Shown in pieces: positions 44,931 to 55,257 of a stretch of 64,000 nt of DNA (position 1 is the stretch's first letter; the number at the start of each line of letters is the position of its first letter). The position numbers were made by a program, and so were the translations under genes. This stretch comes from an uncultured delta proteobacterium (lineage in GTDB: Bacteria; Desulfobacterota; Binatia; Binatales; Binataceae), in assembly GCA_963711565.1 (NCBI GenBank), contig CAVQEQ010000003.1, positions 288,001-352,000 of the forward strand, read 5' to 3'. The notes below the pieces were generated by a model. That model had not been told where the DNA came from. It saw nothing but the letters and a program-made list of their open reading frames with translations, and ran no database searches.

Positions 44931-45292
44931 TCAGTGATGCTCCGGCGGCTCCTCGCCGCCGACCCACGTACCCGCGCCGCCGCCAGCGCGCATCGCGGTG
45001 CGCACCTTCATTACGTCTTCGGGCGACTGGCGCCCGGCATCCCGAGGTTGCGCATCAAAACGTTGGTCATCTTCGAAGTCAGCCGGTCGCGGATTGTCGG
45101 CTCGGCGCCGACTTGCGCGTCGAGCACCACGTCAACCTGCTTGCGCGTGAGGCCCTCAGCCACGAAAATGTCGACCAGCCCGGCCAATCCGACTTCGCCG
45201 CCCGCACGGTCCACGATCGCGATTACTTTGGCGCAGGGCGTACAGACGCGACGGATAAGACCGGCGCGCTGGCTGCAATAAACGCATCGCAT
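44931..45292 (-). pseudogene. Zinc-ribbon (CxxC-CxxC) hypothetical protein with an apparent 1-nt frameshift near 45033
   Basis: ORF stops at 45011, but a shifted frame reads RQSPEDVMKVRTAMRAGGGAGTWVGGEEPPEHH to TGA 44931, 10 nt before the next ATG. Confidence 0.6.
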
Positions 45293-45435
45293 CAGGAGAC
45301 CCCAAGCCCTGAAAACCCCGAAAAAAGCTTGAAGCGGCCGTACGCACGAATAATCGGCGGGCCCGCTTCATTTCCGAGGCTACTACCGGCTTTAGGTGGT
45401 CGCAAGTATGGGAAACCGGGTCTGCTTCGGACCGA

Positions 45436-45873
45436 TCACGCTGCGAGAACCTCAAGATTTCGCGCCGACGCGCCCCGCACCCCCTTCAACGAGATCGCCG
45501 AGTCGAAGGTGGCCAGCCGGCCTTCGTTCATTACTGAAATTGCGAGCAGATAGACATCCGTGATCTGGCGATACCCCTGCACGTGATTCCAGCTAAACCG
45601 CTGCTGCTCGCACACGCTCACCGAGTCGGGCCAGAAGACGTGAAGACGGTCCGAGCAGAATATCCGCAGACGCGCGGCTGCATCCTCAACGGTGGTGTGG
45701 CTGCCAGGATAGGACGGGTTCGACAAAATGCGCACGAGCGCGTTCTCAGTGAGCGGACAAGTCGCCCATCTTTGGTTTCGATTGTGCTCAAACCATGCGT
45801 GCGCGGCTTCGTGATACAGATGCGCGGGATCGAACAACGCCACCAGCACGTTAACGTCCAGCAGGGCGATCAC
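45436..45873 (-). CDS. vapC: VapC-family PIN-domain toxin
   Basis: LLDVNVLVAL, TENALVR, QITDVYLL, LATFD. Confidence 0.9.
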   Translation of the reverse strand: MIALLDVNVLVALFDPAHLYHEAAHAWFEHNRNQRWATCPLTENALVRILSNPSYPGSHTTVEDAAARLRIFCSDRLHVFWPDSVSVCEQQRFSWNHVQGYRQITDVYLLAISVMNEGRLATFDSAISLKGVRGASARNLEVLAA

Positions 45874-45888
45874 CGGCGGTTCAATGCC

Positions 45889-46116
45889 TCAAGCCTCGTC
45901 CCGCAACCGATTTACGATGTCCGGCGTGACCAGCTTTGCATTCCGATTCTTCGGCAGGATCGGCACGCCGTTACGATTGCGGCCGCCGTGGTCCCGCGGC
46001 GCCAACGCGCTACGCGCAAGATCGGAGAGGACACGACCCGCGGTAGTCCTCCGCTTGGCGGCCAGTTCCTTCGCGCTCTCGAGCACGTCCTTGTCGATGT
46101 CTAAAGTGGTTCGCAC
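45889..46116 (-). CDS. VapB-like (RHH) antitoxin
   Basis: MRTTLDIDKDVLESAKELA...GRVLSDLARSAL...RNGVPIL; GTG start at 46116. Confidence 0.85.
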   Translation of the reverse strand: MRTTLDIDKDVLESAKELAAKRRTTAGRVLSDLARSALAPRDHGGRNRNGVPILPKNRNAKLVTPDIVNRLRDEA

Positions 46117-46122
46117 AAAAGG

Positions 46123-46151
46123 ATCATCACGCATCAATCATCAGATGTCAA
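46123..46151 (-). promoter_or_regulatory. Leaderless sigma-70 promoter of vapBC with TGATG repeats
   Basis: TTGACA-17 nt-GATGAT, 6 nt before the GTG start; three TGATG repeats. Confidence 0.6.
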
Positions 46152-46218
46152 CCGGGTCTCGAAGACGAGCCGACGGTATCGTGCGTTTGACATCGCAAAC
46201 TGGCGCGACTAGTATCGC

Positions 46219-46241
46219 AATTGAGAATCATTCTCATAATT
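46219..46241. promoter_or_regulatory. Fur-box-like operator
   Basis: Perfect 7-1-7 palindrome TGAGAAT-C-ATTCTCA (46222-46236) upstream of an iron permease. Confidence 0.8.
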
Positions 46242-46268
46242 GATTATTAACCAGTCGTTCACCGCATC

Positions 46269-47114
46269 ATGACTCAAACCGCCCTCGCCTACTTCTTCTA
46301 TTCGCTCGGCATCCTCTTTCGCGAAGGCATGGAAGCGATGCTGGTCGTCGTCGCACTCGCGGCCGGCACGCGCGGCGCGGGACGAATCGGCCGCGCGCGC
46401 GACGTTTATGCGGGCGCAGCCGCCGCGATCGTCGCGAGCATCATGCTCGCGTGGGCGGTCAATCACCTGATCACCGACGACGCCAGCGACACGCTCGAAG
46501 GCGTCTTCCAATTGTTCGCCGCCGCGACGCTCTTCTACGTCAGCTCGTGGATGACGTTGAAGGGCCAGGCCGACCGCTGGATGAAATTCATCTCGCACAA
46601 ACTCGAGAACGCCGAGCACAGCGCGATCCCCGGTATCGCGCTCGGGCTGACCGCATTTCTCGCCGTGATGCGCGAGGGCGCGGAGACGATCGTGTTCTTC
46701 CAGGCGCTCACCAATGGCGCGACCGAAACCGTCGAGCGTCACGCGGTTGCGGCCGGCATCGCCGTCGCCGCGATCGCGCTGGCCGCATCGTTCGTCGTCA
46801 TCAAGCGCGCCGCCGATCGAATCCCGATGCGATTCTTCTTCCAGGCCACTTCCTTCATGCTCTACGCGCTCGCGATCGTGTTCGTCGGCCAGGGTATCGC
46901 GAGTTTACAGGAAGCGACGGTCGTCCCGACGACCTTCGTGAACTACGCGCCGACGATTCCGATGCTCGGTATTTTCCCGACGATTCAATCGCTCGGCGCA
47001 CAGGCTGCCTTGCTGATGCTCGCGGCGGCCTATGTCTTCGTTCCGCGCAATGCTGCCGCGCGGCAGATCAGGGTTGCGGAGCGGGCGGCGATGCGGCGGG
47101 CGCGCCAGGCTTGA
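46269..47114 (+). CDS. FTR1-family iron permease
   Basis: Two RExxE motifs (REGME, REGAE); about 7 TM. Confidence 0.92.
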   Translation: MTQTALAYFFYSLGILFREGMEAMLVVVALAAGTRGAGRIGRARDVYAGAAAAIVASIMLAWAVNHLITDDASDTLEGVFQLFAAATLFYVSSWMTLKGQADRWMKFISHKLENAEHSAIPGIALGLTAFLAVMREGAETIVFFQALTNGATETVERHAVAAGIAVAAIALAASFVVIKRAADRIPMRFFFQATSFMLYALAIVFVGQGIASLQEATVVPTTFVNYAPTIPMLGIFPTIQSLGAQAALLMLAAAYVFVPRNAAARQIRVAERAAMRRARQA

Positions 47115-47553
47115 GCGCGGGCGCCTCGGCCACAGAATCCTCGTCACCGCCGAAGAGCACGCTCTCGACGTCGGAACTCAGCTTCTCGGAAATCACCAGC
47201 GCGCGATATCCCATCCGCATGCATTGATCGACCATCGGATCGCGCGAATCCGCACTCGCGCGGGCATGCTTAAGCGCGACGCGCAAATCCTGCGTCCGAT
47301 CGAGCAGGACGGACAGCCGCGCCTCGACGATCGCGGTTGAATTGCCGCCGCCCGAAAGCGCGAGCGCCAACGATTCGTTATGTTCCGAATCGCCCAGCGC
47401 ATGAAGCGCATTCTTGATTTCGGTGCATGCCGATTCGGCATCGTTATCGGAACCCGGCGATACGTCAACGGCCAGCGTTGGTTGACGCCATGCAAGGAGC
47501 ACAACCGCAATCACGAGTAGCGTCCGGGTAGATACTGAAAAAGAGCCGGCCAC
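47068..47553 (-). CDS. Hypothetical secreted protein
   Basis: Signal peptide, helical body; overlaps the 3' end of FTR1. Confidence 0.6.
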   Translation of the reverse strand: MAGSFSVSTRTLLVIAVVLLAWRQPTLAVDVSPGSDNDAESACTEIKNALHALGDSEHNESLALALSGGGNSTAIVEARLSVLLDRTQDLRVALKHARASADSRDPMVDQCMRMGYRALVISEKLSSDVESVLFGGDEDSVAEAPALKPGAPAASPPAPQP

Positions 47554-47599
47554 GCGGCCGGCTCAGAAGTCGTTCTATGTCCGGGAGCGCGCGATGTCG

Positions 47600-48073
47600 T
47601 CAGGCGGCGTTTTCCTCGCTGGTGTCGTAGCCGAGCGAGCTCAGGAACGCCTCCTTCTGGCCGGACGGCATGATGTAGATTCCGTCCCATCCGCAGACCT
47701 CTTCGCAGAGCAGGCATCCGACGCAGGTCTTTTCGTTGACCTGCACCTTGCCGAGATAGACCGCCGTGTTCTCGGGCGACGGCGAGATGCAATCGAACGG
47801 GCAAACGTCCACGCACACGCCGCATCCGTTGCAGTTGTCAGGATGCACGACGGCGACCGGGCGCTCGGCGCGCTTGAGCACGTGGGTCATCTCGCCGTGA
47901 TTGTTCATGATTGCGTCGTCGGGGCAAATCACGCCGCACGCGCCGCAATCGATGCACATCGCGGCCTCGATGTAATAGACCTTTTTCGACAGGCCCGAGA
48001 TGGCGCCGGTGGGGCAACGCTTTTCGCACGCGCTGCATCCGGTGCAATTCTCGGCGATGATTTCAAATGGCAT
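47600..48073 (-). CDS. Polyferredoxin (four 4Fe-4S-type motifs)
   Basis: Four CxxCxxCxxxC motifs. Confidence 0.92.
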   Translation of the reverse strand: MPFEIIAENCTGCSACEKRCPTGAISGLSKKVYYIEAAMCIDCGACGVICPDDAIMNNHGEMTHVLKRAERPVAVVHPDNCNGCGVCVDVCPFDCISPSPENTAVYLGKVQVNEKTCVGCLLCEEVCGWDGIYIMPSGQKEAFLSSLGYDTSEENAA

Positions 48074-48078
48074 CCTGA

Positions 48079-48261
48079 CTACTTCCTCATCTCGTCGATG
48101 ATGCGTTCACGATGGCCGTGCTCGATCAGCTGATCGTTGCGGCGGGCCTGCTTGAGGGCGACGTACGTGAAGAACATCACGAGGATCATCATGGCGATGA
48201 TCGGGATGTTGTCAGGAACGGTCAGGATTTCGAGAAACTGCTGAAGCCCGGTAATTTGCAC
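48079..48261 (-). CDS. Small single-TM membrane protein
   Basis: GTG start with GAGGA RBS; PDNIPIIAMMILVMFFTYVALKQARRND. Confidence 0.65.
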   Translation of the reverse strand: MQITGLQQFLEILTVPDNIPIIAMMILVMFFTYVALKQARRNDQLIEHGHRERIIDEMRK

Positions 48262-48763
48262 GATTGAATCCTCGACGCTCTCTTCTATCTCTCTACAATC
48301 AGAGGTACCAACAGCATTAGCCGATGTCAACTTTGGCGGGGTGACGGATGCGTCCGGCTAATCGCACGGCTGCCAGGTCCGACCTCTTCCCCTCGCCTTG
48401 AAAGGAGAGAGGATCGAAGGTGCGGGTCCTTTATTCAGCTCGCGATTGGTCCGCGCGATGCAGGATTCCGGCTACCTAGAAGCTGAGCTAACGGCAAACC
48501 GCCGATCGCCATCGAAACGAAGCCCTGGTAGTTTGCAGTCTGAGAGAGTCGCTAACAAAACGTCACACCCCCCAACCTCTTCGCGAATCATGGATCACGA
48601 ACCCAAAACGCAGAACGATCACAACGCGTATATTCCAGGCGCGCGTTTCTCCCATGCGCGACGCGCTTGGCGGGTTCGCTCGCGCGGCGAGTTCCCATCG
48701 AGGGCGCCGGTGGGGCGTTCCTGACTAAGCCCCTCACAAACACGTAGGAGGAACTGGGCGGCG

Positions 48764-49213
48764 ATGTATAGGCGGATTCCCTACCTAGAAAAGTTCTCTG
48801 ACTCAACTCTTCTCGGACTATTACTCTTTACGTTCGGGGCGACCGTCGTGTTCTTCACTTATGAGATCGGTTCACCATGGTTTCAATTGTTCGTCGTTAC
48901 ACTCTTCGCGGCCGAGGAGGCTTTTCTCTTCAGTCCCGCTTCTCTTTCCATGCGTGAGTCCGTACACCGTTGGTTTCTCGCTGACCCTGCAATGAGACCA
49001 ACACAACCGTGGGATGTCACTCACCCGTGGTTAGTGAAAGGCATCGCCATCCTCGTATTGCTAGCAGAGGTAGCCCTCTTCGCCGTCTACCAGCTTCCGA
49101 TGAGCATCTTCGCAGGTTCACTCTCCTTGGTTTTTCTCCTTTCTGTGAGCGAAGAATTCTTCCGACGGCTCTCTGCTACAGCGTTTCCCGTCAGCAAAAC
49201 TTGGACAGATTGA
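48764..49213 (+). CDS. Hypothetical membrane protein (4 TM), lower GC
   Basis: AGGAGG RBS; hydrophobic segments. Confidence 0.6.
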   Translation: MYRRIPYLEKFSDSTLLGLLLFTFGATVVFFTYEIGSPWFQLFVVTLFAAEEAFLFSPASLSMRESVHRWFLADPAMRPTQPWDVTHPWLVKGIAILVLLAEVALFAVYQLPMSIFAGSLSLVFLLSVSEEFFRRLSATAFPVSKTWTD

Positions 49214-49582
49214 GCCGTGCAGATGTTCCCGCAATTAGACAAGTGACGTAGGAGTGCCGCGCCGCGCTACGGCAGGATAGCCCGTTCCGCGGGGCAGCGG
49301 TGACCCCTGCACCCAGTGACTTTTGCGGGTACACGCAGAGCCGCGCGCGAACACAGACGCACTCAGGACATTCGGTTACGATTCGGGATGGCGCCGGATA
49401 ACTGACATCGCGCGCAACGGACGATCGGCTGCAGAATCTCTTGCACAGGGAAGTTGGCCGGCCTATACGGGACCTGGAATCGGCGAGTCAAGACAGAAAT
49501 CCCGGGTAAAACTGAATAAAGTAGTAGCGTTGTTGGTTCTCGGGGGTTTGGATGGGACTGCGGGATAATCCGGCTGAGTGAC

Positions 49583-50587
49583 GTGGGAGCTGGAACACAT
49601 GCTGCGTTGCCGATGCGCAAGGTTCCGATCGATGTGATGCGTGCGGTGAGCATGCTCTACATCGTCGGATTTTGGCATTTGCTCGATTATACGAAAGGTG
49701 TCGGATGGCATTATAACCCGGTCACCTATCGCCTCACGGTTGGAGCACTTTCCCTTTTCGTCCTGATCTCCGGTTTTCTGACAGGGCGCAAGGACGGTGG
49801 TCTGGCGCGAGGCGAAATCTGGAGATTCTATGAGACGCGGTTCTGGCGCATCTATCTCCCCTTCGTGATCGCCTCCGGCCTATTCCTGGCGGCAGGAATG
49901 AGCGATGCCATTCCGCTGGTCAAGGGCGTCACACTCGTCGCCATGCTGCTGGCGCCGCCGCCGTTCACATTGTGGTTCGTAAACATGATCGTACTCTTCT
50001 ATCTGATCGCCCCGCTGCTCATCCGCATGCGTGGGAACGTGGTGGCTTACATCGGCATATGCCTCGCGATCGTTGGAGCCATGAGTGTGTATCAATCGGA
50101 GATGGGGAGGATAGATATGCGCCTTATCCTCTATTTCCCTTGCTTCGCTGCCGGTATATTTCTGGCCGCCGAAACGTTGCCGTCATCGGCGCTAAGTCTC
50201 ATCGGCCTCCCACTTCTCGCCGCTCTGTCTCTTTTGCCTACGCTGACACGTGAGTCCGGCAGGCTGGAGAATGACCTATGGGCGGCGCCTTGGGCACTTT
50301 TCGCTTCTATCGCAGTCTTTGTTGTCGTTATGCGCGCTGGTCGGAATCTAAAACCGCGCGCGATTCTCACACAGCTCAGCGAGGCGAGCTTTTTCATGTA
50401 CCTTCTGCATCGTCCCCTCTATCGTTGGATGCAGAGCGTTTGGTTTCCGATTACAGAGAAAGCGCAGGTTCCTTATCTGTTGTTCGTGTGTCTGCCGACT
50501 ATCGCGATCGTGGCGTGGTTTTGCCAGAGAGCCTACACAGGTTTGTTGGAGCGGCGTGAGGTTCGAGTCGCTGCGCCTACTGGTTAG
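49583..50587 (+). CDS. Acyltransferase-3 family membrane protein
   Basis: IDVMRAVS...WH, LFVLISGF, RFWRIYLP, LWFV, SFFMYLLHRP. Confidence 0.85.
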   Translation: MGAGTHAALPMRKVPIDVMRAVSMLYIVGFWHLLDYTKGVGWHYNPVTYRLTVGALSLFVLISGFLTGRKDGGLARGEIWRFYETRFWRIYLPFVIASGLFLAAGMSDAIPLVKGVTLVAMLLAPPPFTLWFVNMIVLFYLIAPLLIRMRGNVVAYIGICLAIVGAMSVYQSEMGRIDMRLILYFPCFAAGIFLAAETLPSSALSLIGLPLLAALSLLPTLTRESGRLENDLWAAPWALFASIAVFVVVMRAGRNLKPRAILTQLSEASFFMYLLHRPLYRWMQSVWFPITEKAQVPYLLFVCLPTIAIVAWFCQRAYTGLLERREVRVAAPTG

Positions 50588-51822
50588 AAGCGAATAAAAG
50601 AGCTTCCTGTACAGGACCTCGTGGAAGTTGGCCGTCGCCTCTATCCCAATGAATAAGTCCTGCCCCAGTTCTCTTAGCCAGCAAAGCCAATCTCTGCTCG
50701 TGATTCATAGGCTCCCACGGGACAAGTTTCTCCGCAAGCACATCCATTCTTCGAAGAAGGGTCAACTCCAGGAAAAGTCCCATAAAATCCAGGTCGCGGA
50801 ACACTAAGGAGCCGGACTCTCTCATCCTGTCACGAATCCGAGCTAGATGGACCGGCATCTCGGTCCAGTGCAGGCCAGCTCGGTGGTGATGACAAAGGTG
50901 GTATCCTTCGTTCATAAAGTTGACCCCATCAAGAACGGTTACGGTGTGCGCAAAGTAGTCCTCGGGCCGTTCCGAGTCGTAAAAACCGTGCTGGACCCAT
51001 GCGACAATTGCCGTGATGAAGTTCTGGCAGAGAAGAGGAACCAACACGAACATGATCCCAATTCTCCAGTTGTAGATAGCGACAGCTCCGAAGTAGGCAT
51101 AGTAACGCGCCATACCCCATAATAGGCGTCTTCGGTTCTCTTCATCGCCTTTAGCCTTAAAGTAGGCGTACGGAGCGATCCCCAAAACCGTCCAAATGTT
51201 GTTCGAGAGATACCGCAGGAAATCCAGTTCAACTCGTTCGATCGTAGCCCCTGGACTCTGCCGTGTCATCGAATCCGCCATTCTCTCTATGGTGGAGACG
51301 GACATGAACCGTCCGATCCAGTTCCGGAATGTTTCCATACAAATATCCCAGAAAGAATTCGACGTAGCGGCCGAAGACCCTATCGTACTTCTCCGAGAAG
51401 TAGCCTTGGCGCCGGTGCGCTTCCAGGTGCTTGACGCTGAACATCCTCACAAACCGGCGGAAGTTGAAACCATAAAGGGAAATATAGAAAGCGATCGCGA
51501 GCAGCAGTCGAGGTCTTCCTAAAGCAAGTTGGATCAGGAAAATTGGTATGGCGCTGAGGCTAAGGGAAACCATGAGTCGTAACGCAGGCGTGTCTCTGGA
51601 GTCCTGCAGAACTTTCTGCCCGAGCTGATCGAGTAACCGGTCGTAAGCCCTGGAGAGAAATTGATACGCGTTGCGTAACGGACTAACCCCGCGGAGAATC
51701 ACGGCCGCGCGGTAGCCTGCGAAGGAAAGCAACGCCACGAGCGAGATGGCACCCGTGCTTGCCAGTGCTATCGGGACTCCACACCAGCGAAGTCCGACTT
51801 TCGGATTGACTCCAAAATTCAT
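50577..51822 (-). pseudogene. Membrane fatty-acid desaturase, frameshifted near 51230
   Basis: His boxes HLEAH and HVRLHH in ORF 51229-51870; HLCHH in ORF 50577-51338; frames join at YDRTS/LDFLRY. Confidence 0.8.
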
Positions 51823-52113
51823 AGTTCGATCTCGACAGCGAATGCTCTCGATGTCTTCCCTCGACCGCATGTCCTTGTCAAAAGCCTAAGCCCGAACGTA
51901 CTGATGATGGAGCCCGCGCAAAATTGATAGTCCCGAGATGGTGCCGGCCGGAACCGCGCACGTCGAAAGTCCGGCGCGTTGTGCTCCACAATAATGGTGC
52001 GCATAAGCTTGTTCGGGTGAATGGGCACGATGCGCTCGATCATGCGCATGATTGCTGCCCGCACTTCGAGCGGATCGCGGCGTGACACGCAGTAGGAGAG
52101 GCCGGCCTGAAAC

Positions 52114-53721
52114 TCACTCTCCACCAATGTGGGCACCCTTCTCCGCTACTGAGCGGCGCATTAGCGGGATGAAAAATACCAGGAGCAGGCCGACTGCGGC
52201 TGAGAAGGAGAAGACGTCAAAGTAGGCTAGCGACGAGGCCTGTTGCTCGCGCGCTTGGCCGAGAACGCCTAACGCCATTTGATGCGATAAGACAGCATCG
52301 CCGTTGTGCTGTAAGAAAAACGCCTGACCTCTCGTCAACAGGTTGGTGACTGGAGGATTCAGGGGATCCAGGCTTTCATTCAGCCGCAGGGTGTGAAACT
52401 GTTCGCGCCGTTCCTGGATGATTTGGGCGACAGACGTCCCTACACTGCCACCTTCGTTGCGCAGCAGGGCCAGCAATCCGACGGCAGCGCCGCGGATCTC
52501 CTTGGGGAGATAGATAAACGCTGCCACGTTGAGAGGGGCGAATAGCATCGAGAGTCCCGCGATCACTACTACTCTCGGCCAAACCACCTGCCATGGACTG
52601 ATTTCAAGGTTGAGGTGTGCCATCCAGTAGTTTCCCAGCGCCATCGTGATTAGACCGCCGGCCATTAGATAGCGAGCATCGAAGCCGCGCGATAGCAGTG
52701 CGCCGACGACGACTAGCATGACGATCGCGAAGATTCCCGATGGCGATAGCACCAATCCCGAGGTGGTGGCATCGTAGCCAAAAAGAGATTGCAACAAGGC
52801 GGGAAGCGAAATGGTGTTGGCGTAGAGTACCGCATAGGCGCAGAAGATGATGAGGCAGCAGGCGCCAAAGTTTCGATCGGCTATCGTCCGGAGCGCGACT
52901 AATGGATTGCGCAGATGCAATTCGCGATAGATCAAGCCCCCTAGCCCGAGCGAGAACAGGATCAATAGCGTCTGCACGCGATAGAACGGATCGCCGAGCC
53001 AGTCCCACTGCTGTCCTTTGCTCAGCATCACCTCCCAGCAAACCATCGTCACAGCGAGCAGACAGAGGCCGAGCACGTCGAAGGGTTCGCGTCGATTACG
53101 ACTCCTGGCGCGTTCAGCCTGGAAATATTCCGGGTCCTGGACCAGGGCGTGGCACATGAAGTAGGCCAACAGGCCGACCGGCACGTTCAGATAGAAGATC
53201 CAGCGCCAGCCGTAGTTGTCGGTGATAAAGCCGCCGAGGGTTGGCCCGACAACCGGCGCGAGAAGTGCGGCCATCCCAAAGATAGTCATCGCCTGGCCTT
53301 GTTTCTCTTGCGGGAATGCGTCGAGAAGCACGGCCTGGCTCGAGGGTTGGAGACCGCCGCCGGCGACACCCTGAACCGCTCGAGCTGCGATTATAAAACC
53401 CAGGCTTCCGGCCATTCCGCATAAAGCGGACGCCAAGGTAAAGACGGCTATCGAGAGCAGGAAATAGTTTCGCCGGCCGAGCCGCAGCGCCAGCCATCCG
53501 GAAATCGGCAAGACGATCGCGTTGGATGCGAGGTAAGTGGTGATGACCCACTCGCTATCAATATTAGCAGCCGACAAGCCGCCGGCAATGTAGCGCAAGG
53601 ACACATTGGCGATGGTGGTATCCAGAACTTCCATGAAGGTCGGGATAACCACCGCGAAGGCTATCAGCCAGGGATTGACCGATCGCCTCGCGAGCGGAAC
53701 CTGGAGGGTGGCGGCACTCAT
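52114..53721 (-). CDS. DHA2 (EmrB/QacA) MFS efflux permease
   Basis: FMEVLDTTIANVSL, RLGRRNYF, APVVGPTLGG, WRWIFYLNVPVG. Confidence 0.93.
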   Translation of the reverse strand: MSAATLQVPLARRSVNPWLIAFAVVIPTFMEVLDTTIANVSLRYIAGGLSAANIDSEWVITTYLASNAIVLPISGWLALRLGRRNYFLLSIAVFTLASALCGMAGSLGFIIAARAVQGVAGGGLQPSSQAVLLDAFPQEKQGQAMTIFGMAALLAPVVGPTLGGFITDNYGWRWIFYLNVPVGLLAYFMCHALVQDPEYFQAERARSRNRREPFDVLGLCLLAVTMVCWEVMLSKGQQWDWLGDPFYRVQTLLILFSLGLGGLIYRELHLRNPLVALRTIADRNFGACCLIIFCAYAVLYANTISLPALLQSLFGYDATTSGLVLSPSGIFAIVMLVVVGALLSRGFDARYLMAGGLITMALGNYWMAHLNLEISPWQVVWPRVVVIAGLSMLFAPLNVAAFIYLPKEIRGAAVGLLALLRNEGGSVGTSVAQIIQERREQFHTLRLNESLDPLNPPVTNLLTRGQAFFLQHNGDAVLSHQMALGVLGQAREQQASSLAYFDVFSFSAAVGLLLVFFIPLMRRSVAEKGAHIGGE

Positions 53722-55226
53722 TGTGGGCCAGGAGCAGAAACGGGACCACTCGCGGAGATTGAGGCTTGAAGCATCTTGCCGGCGTTAGGACCGGTAGGCG
53801 TCTGGTAGATGTACACGTAAGGAGTGACCGATAGACCTATGAATAGTGGAGCTACGTCAGGATTGTAGTTGGTCAACTCGATTCGCACGGGTAATCGCTG
53901 CACAACCTTGACGAAGTTTCCGGTCGCATTCTCGGCCGGCAGCAGCGCCAGCGTAGAACCGGTGCCCATCGTGAATCCGGAAATACGACCCTTGAAGTGC
54001 CGGTGACTGCCGTACATGTCGATGTCGAGATCCACCGGCTGTCCGATGCGCAGATTCGCCAGCTGCGTCTCCTTGAAGTTGGCGTCGATCCAAATGTCGG
54101 TGAGAGATCGCAACGCCATCAGGCCCTGCCCGACGATAACCTGATCGCCCGAATTGACGTCGCGGCGCGTCACGACACCGTCGATGTCGGCGACGACGTC
54201 GCAATAGGAAGGGTTCAGCCTGGCTTGATCGAGATTAGCTTGAGCCTCCTGCAACTTGGCCTCAGCCTGTTTAACGTCGGGCGCATTTTTGGAAATCTCA
54301 TCGAAGATCGCATTGATATTTCCGGACGAGTCGCGCTTGTAGAACTCTGCGAGCATCTCGTCGGGAGTCTCGTTGAATGAATGAACAACGCCGAGCTCGG
54401 CCGCGGTTTGCATGAGTCGCGCCTGGGCAGCCTTGACCTCAGAGTAAGTCTGGTCGAGATTCGCAGGGATGCCGCTGAGCTCTTTGCCGTTCCTAGGTGT
54501 GGGTGGCAGCCCAAGTTCAGCACGAACCTGCGCGACATCATGCTGAGCCTCCTGTTGCTGTGCCTGAGCTACCGAAAAGGCTTCCTGGAACGAATCGAAC
54601 TCCTGCTTTGCAATAACGTGCTGTTGGTATAGCTGCTGCTCCCGCCCGAAGTTTGCCTTAGCCTCGATGAGGGTGGCATTCGCGGCTTGAAGCGAATCAA
54701 CTTTGGAGTGCAGGTCGGCGACCTGGTTGTTAAGCTTCTGCGCAGCATTTGCGAGATCGAACCTTTGGCTAAGTCCCAAGCTCTCAAGACCCCGAACTTT
54801 CGCTTGTGCTGTGACAATGCCGACCTGCGCAACGGAGAGCGCAGCTTGCGCGATTTCGACCTTGACCTGGTAGGGCTCCTTGTCAAGCTGCACGAGTAAG
54901 TCGCCCTTGCGCACCCGATTGTTGTCGTCAACCAGCACGCGCACGACTTGACCGGGCACCCGCGGCGCCACAAAGGTCACGTGTCCGTTAACGTAAGCGT
55001 CGTCCGTTGATTCAGTTCTGAAGGCGGTGATGGTCCAGGGGATGACCTCGTATAGCGCCAGAAGGACAAGCACACCGCCTGCGATCCACATCCACAGTGG
55101 CCGCCTTTGAGGCTGCTTGTCATTAGAGGCTTGCGCGACTGGTGCATCGGCGTCCGACGTGCGTACGGATGGGGCCGGTTCGTGGAAGGATTTGCCGGCG
55201 GACTCCGGTGAGTTTCCATCAGGCAT
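53718..55226 (-). CDS. HlyD/EmrA-family membrane fusion protein
   Basis: STDDAYV, ANFKETQL, LLPAENATGNFVKVVQRLPVRI. Confidence 0.93.
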   Translation of the reverse strand: MPDGNSPESAGKSFHEPAPSVRTSDADAPVAQASNDKQPQRRPLWMWIAGGVLVLLALYEVIPWTITAFRTESTDDAYVNGHVTFVAPRVPGQVVRVLVDDNNRVRKGDLLVQLDKEPYQVKVEIAQAALSVAQVGIVTAQAKVRGLESLGLSQRFDLANAAQKLNNQVADLHSKVDSLQAANATLIEAKANFGREQQLYQQHVIAKQEFDSFQEAFSVAQAQQQEAQHDVAQVRAELGLPPTPRNGKELSGIPANLDQTYSEVKAAQARLMQTAAELGVVHSFNETPDEMLAEFYKRDSSGNINAIFDEISKNAPDVKQAEAKLQEAQANLDQARLNPSYCDVVADIDGVVTRRDVNSGDQVIVGQGLMALRSLTDIWIDANFKETQLANLRIGQPVDLDIDMYGSHRHFKGRISGFTMGTGSTLALLPAENATGNFVKVVQRLPVRIELTNYNPDVAPLFIGLSVTPYVYIYQTPTGPNAGKMLQASISASGPVSAPGPQ

Positions 55227-55257
55227 GGTCGCGATCCTCCTCTAATTCACAACCGCA

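Noticed and set aside
51819-52136. 105-aa ORF between emrB and the desaturase
   Set aside because: No recognisable motif or RBS; may be a gene remnant but cannot be supported
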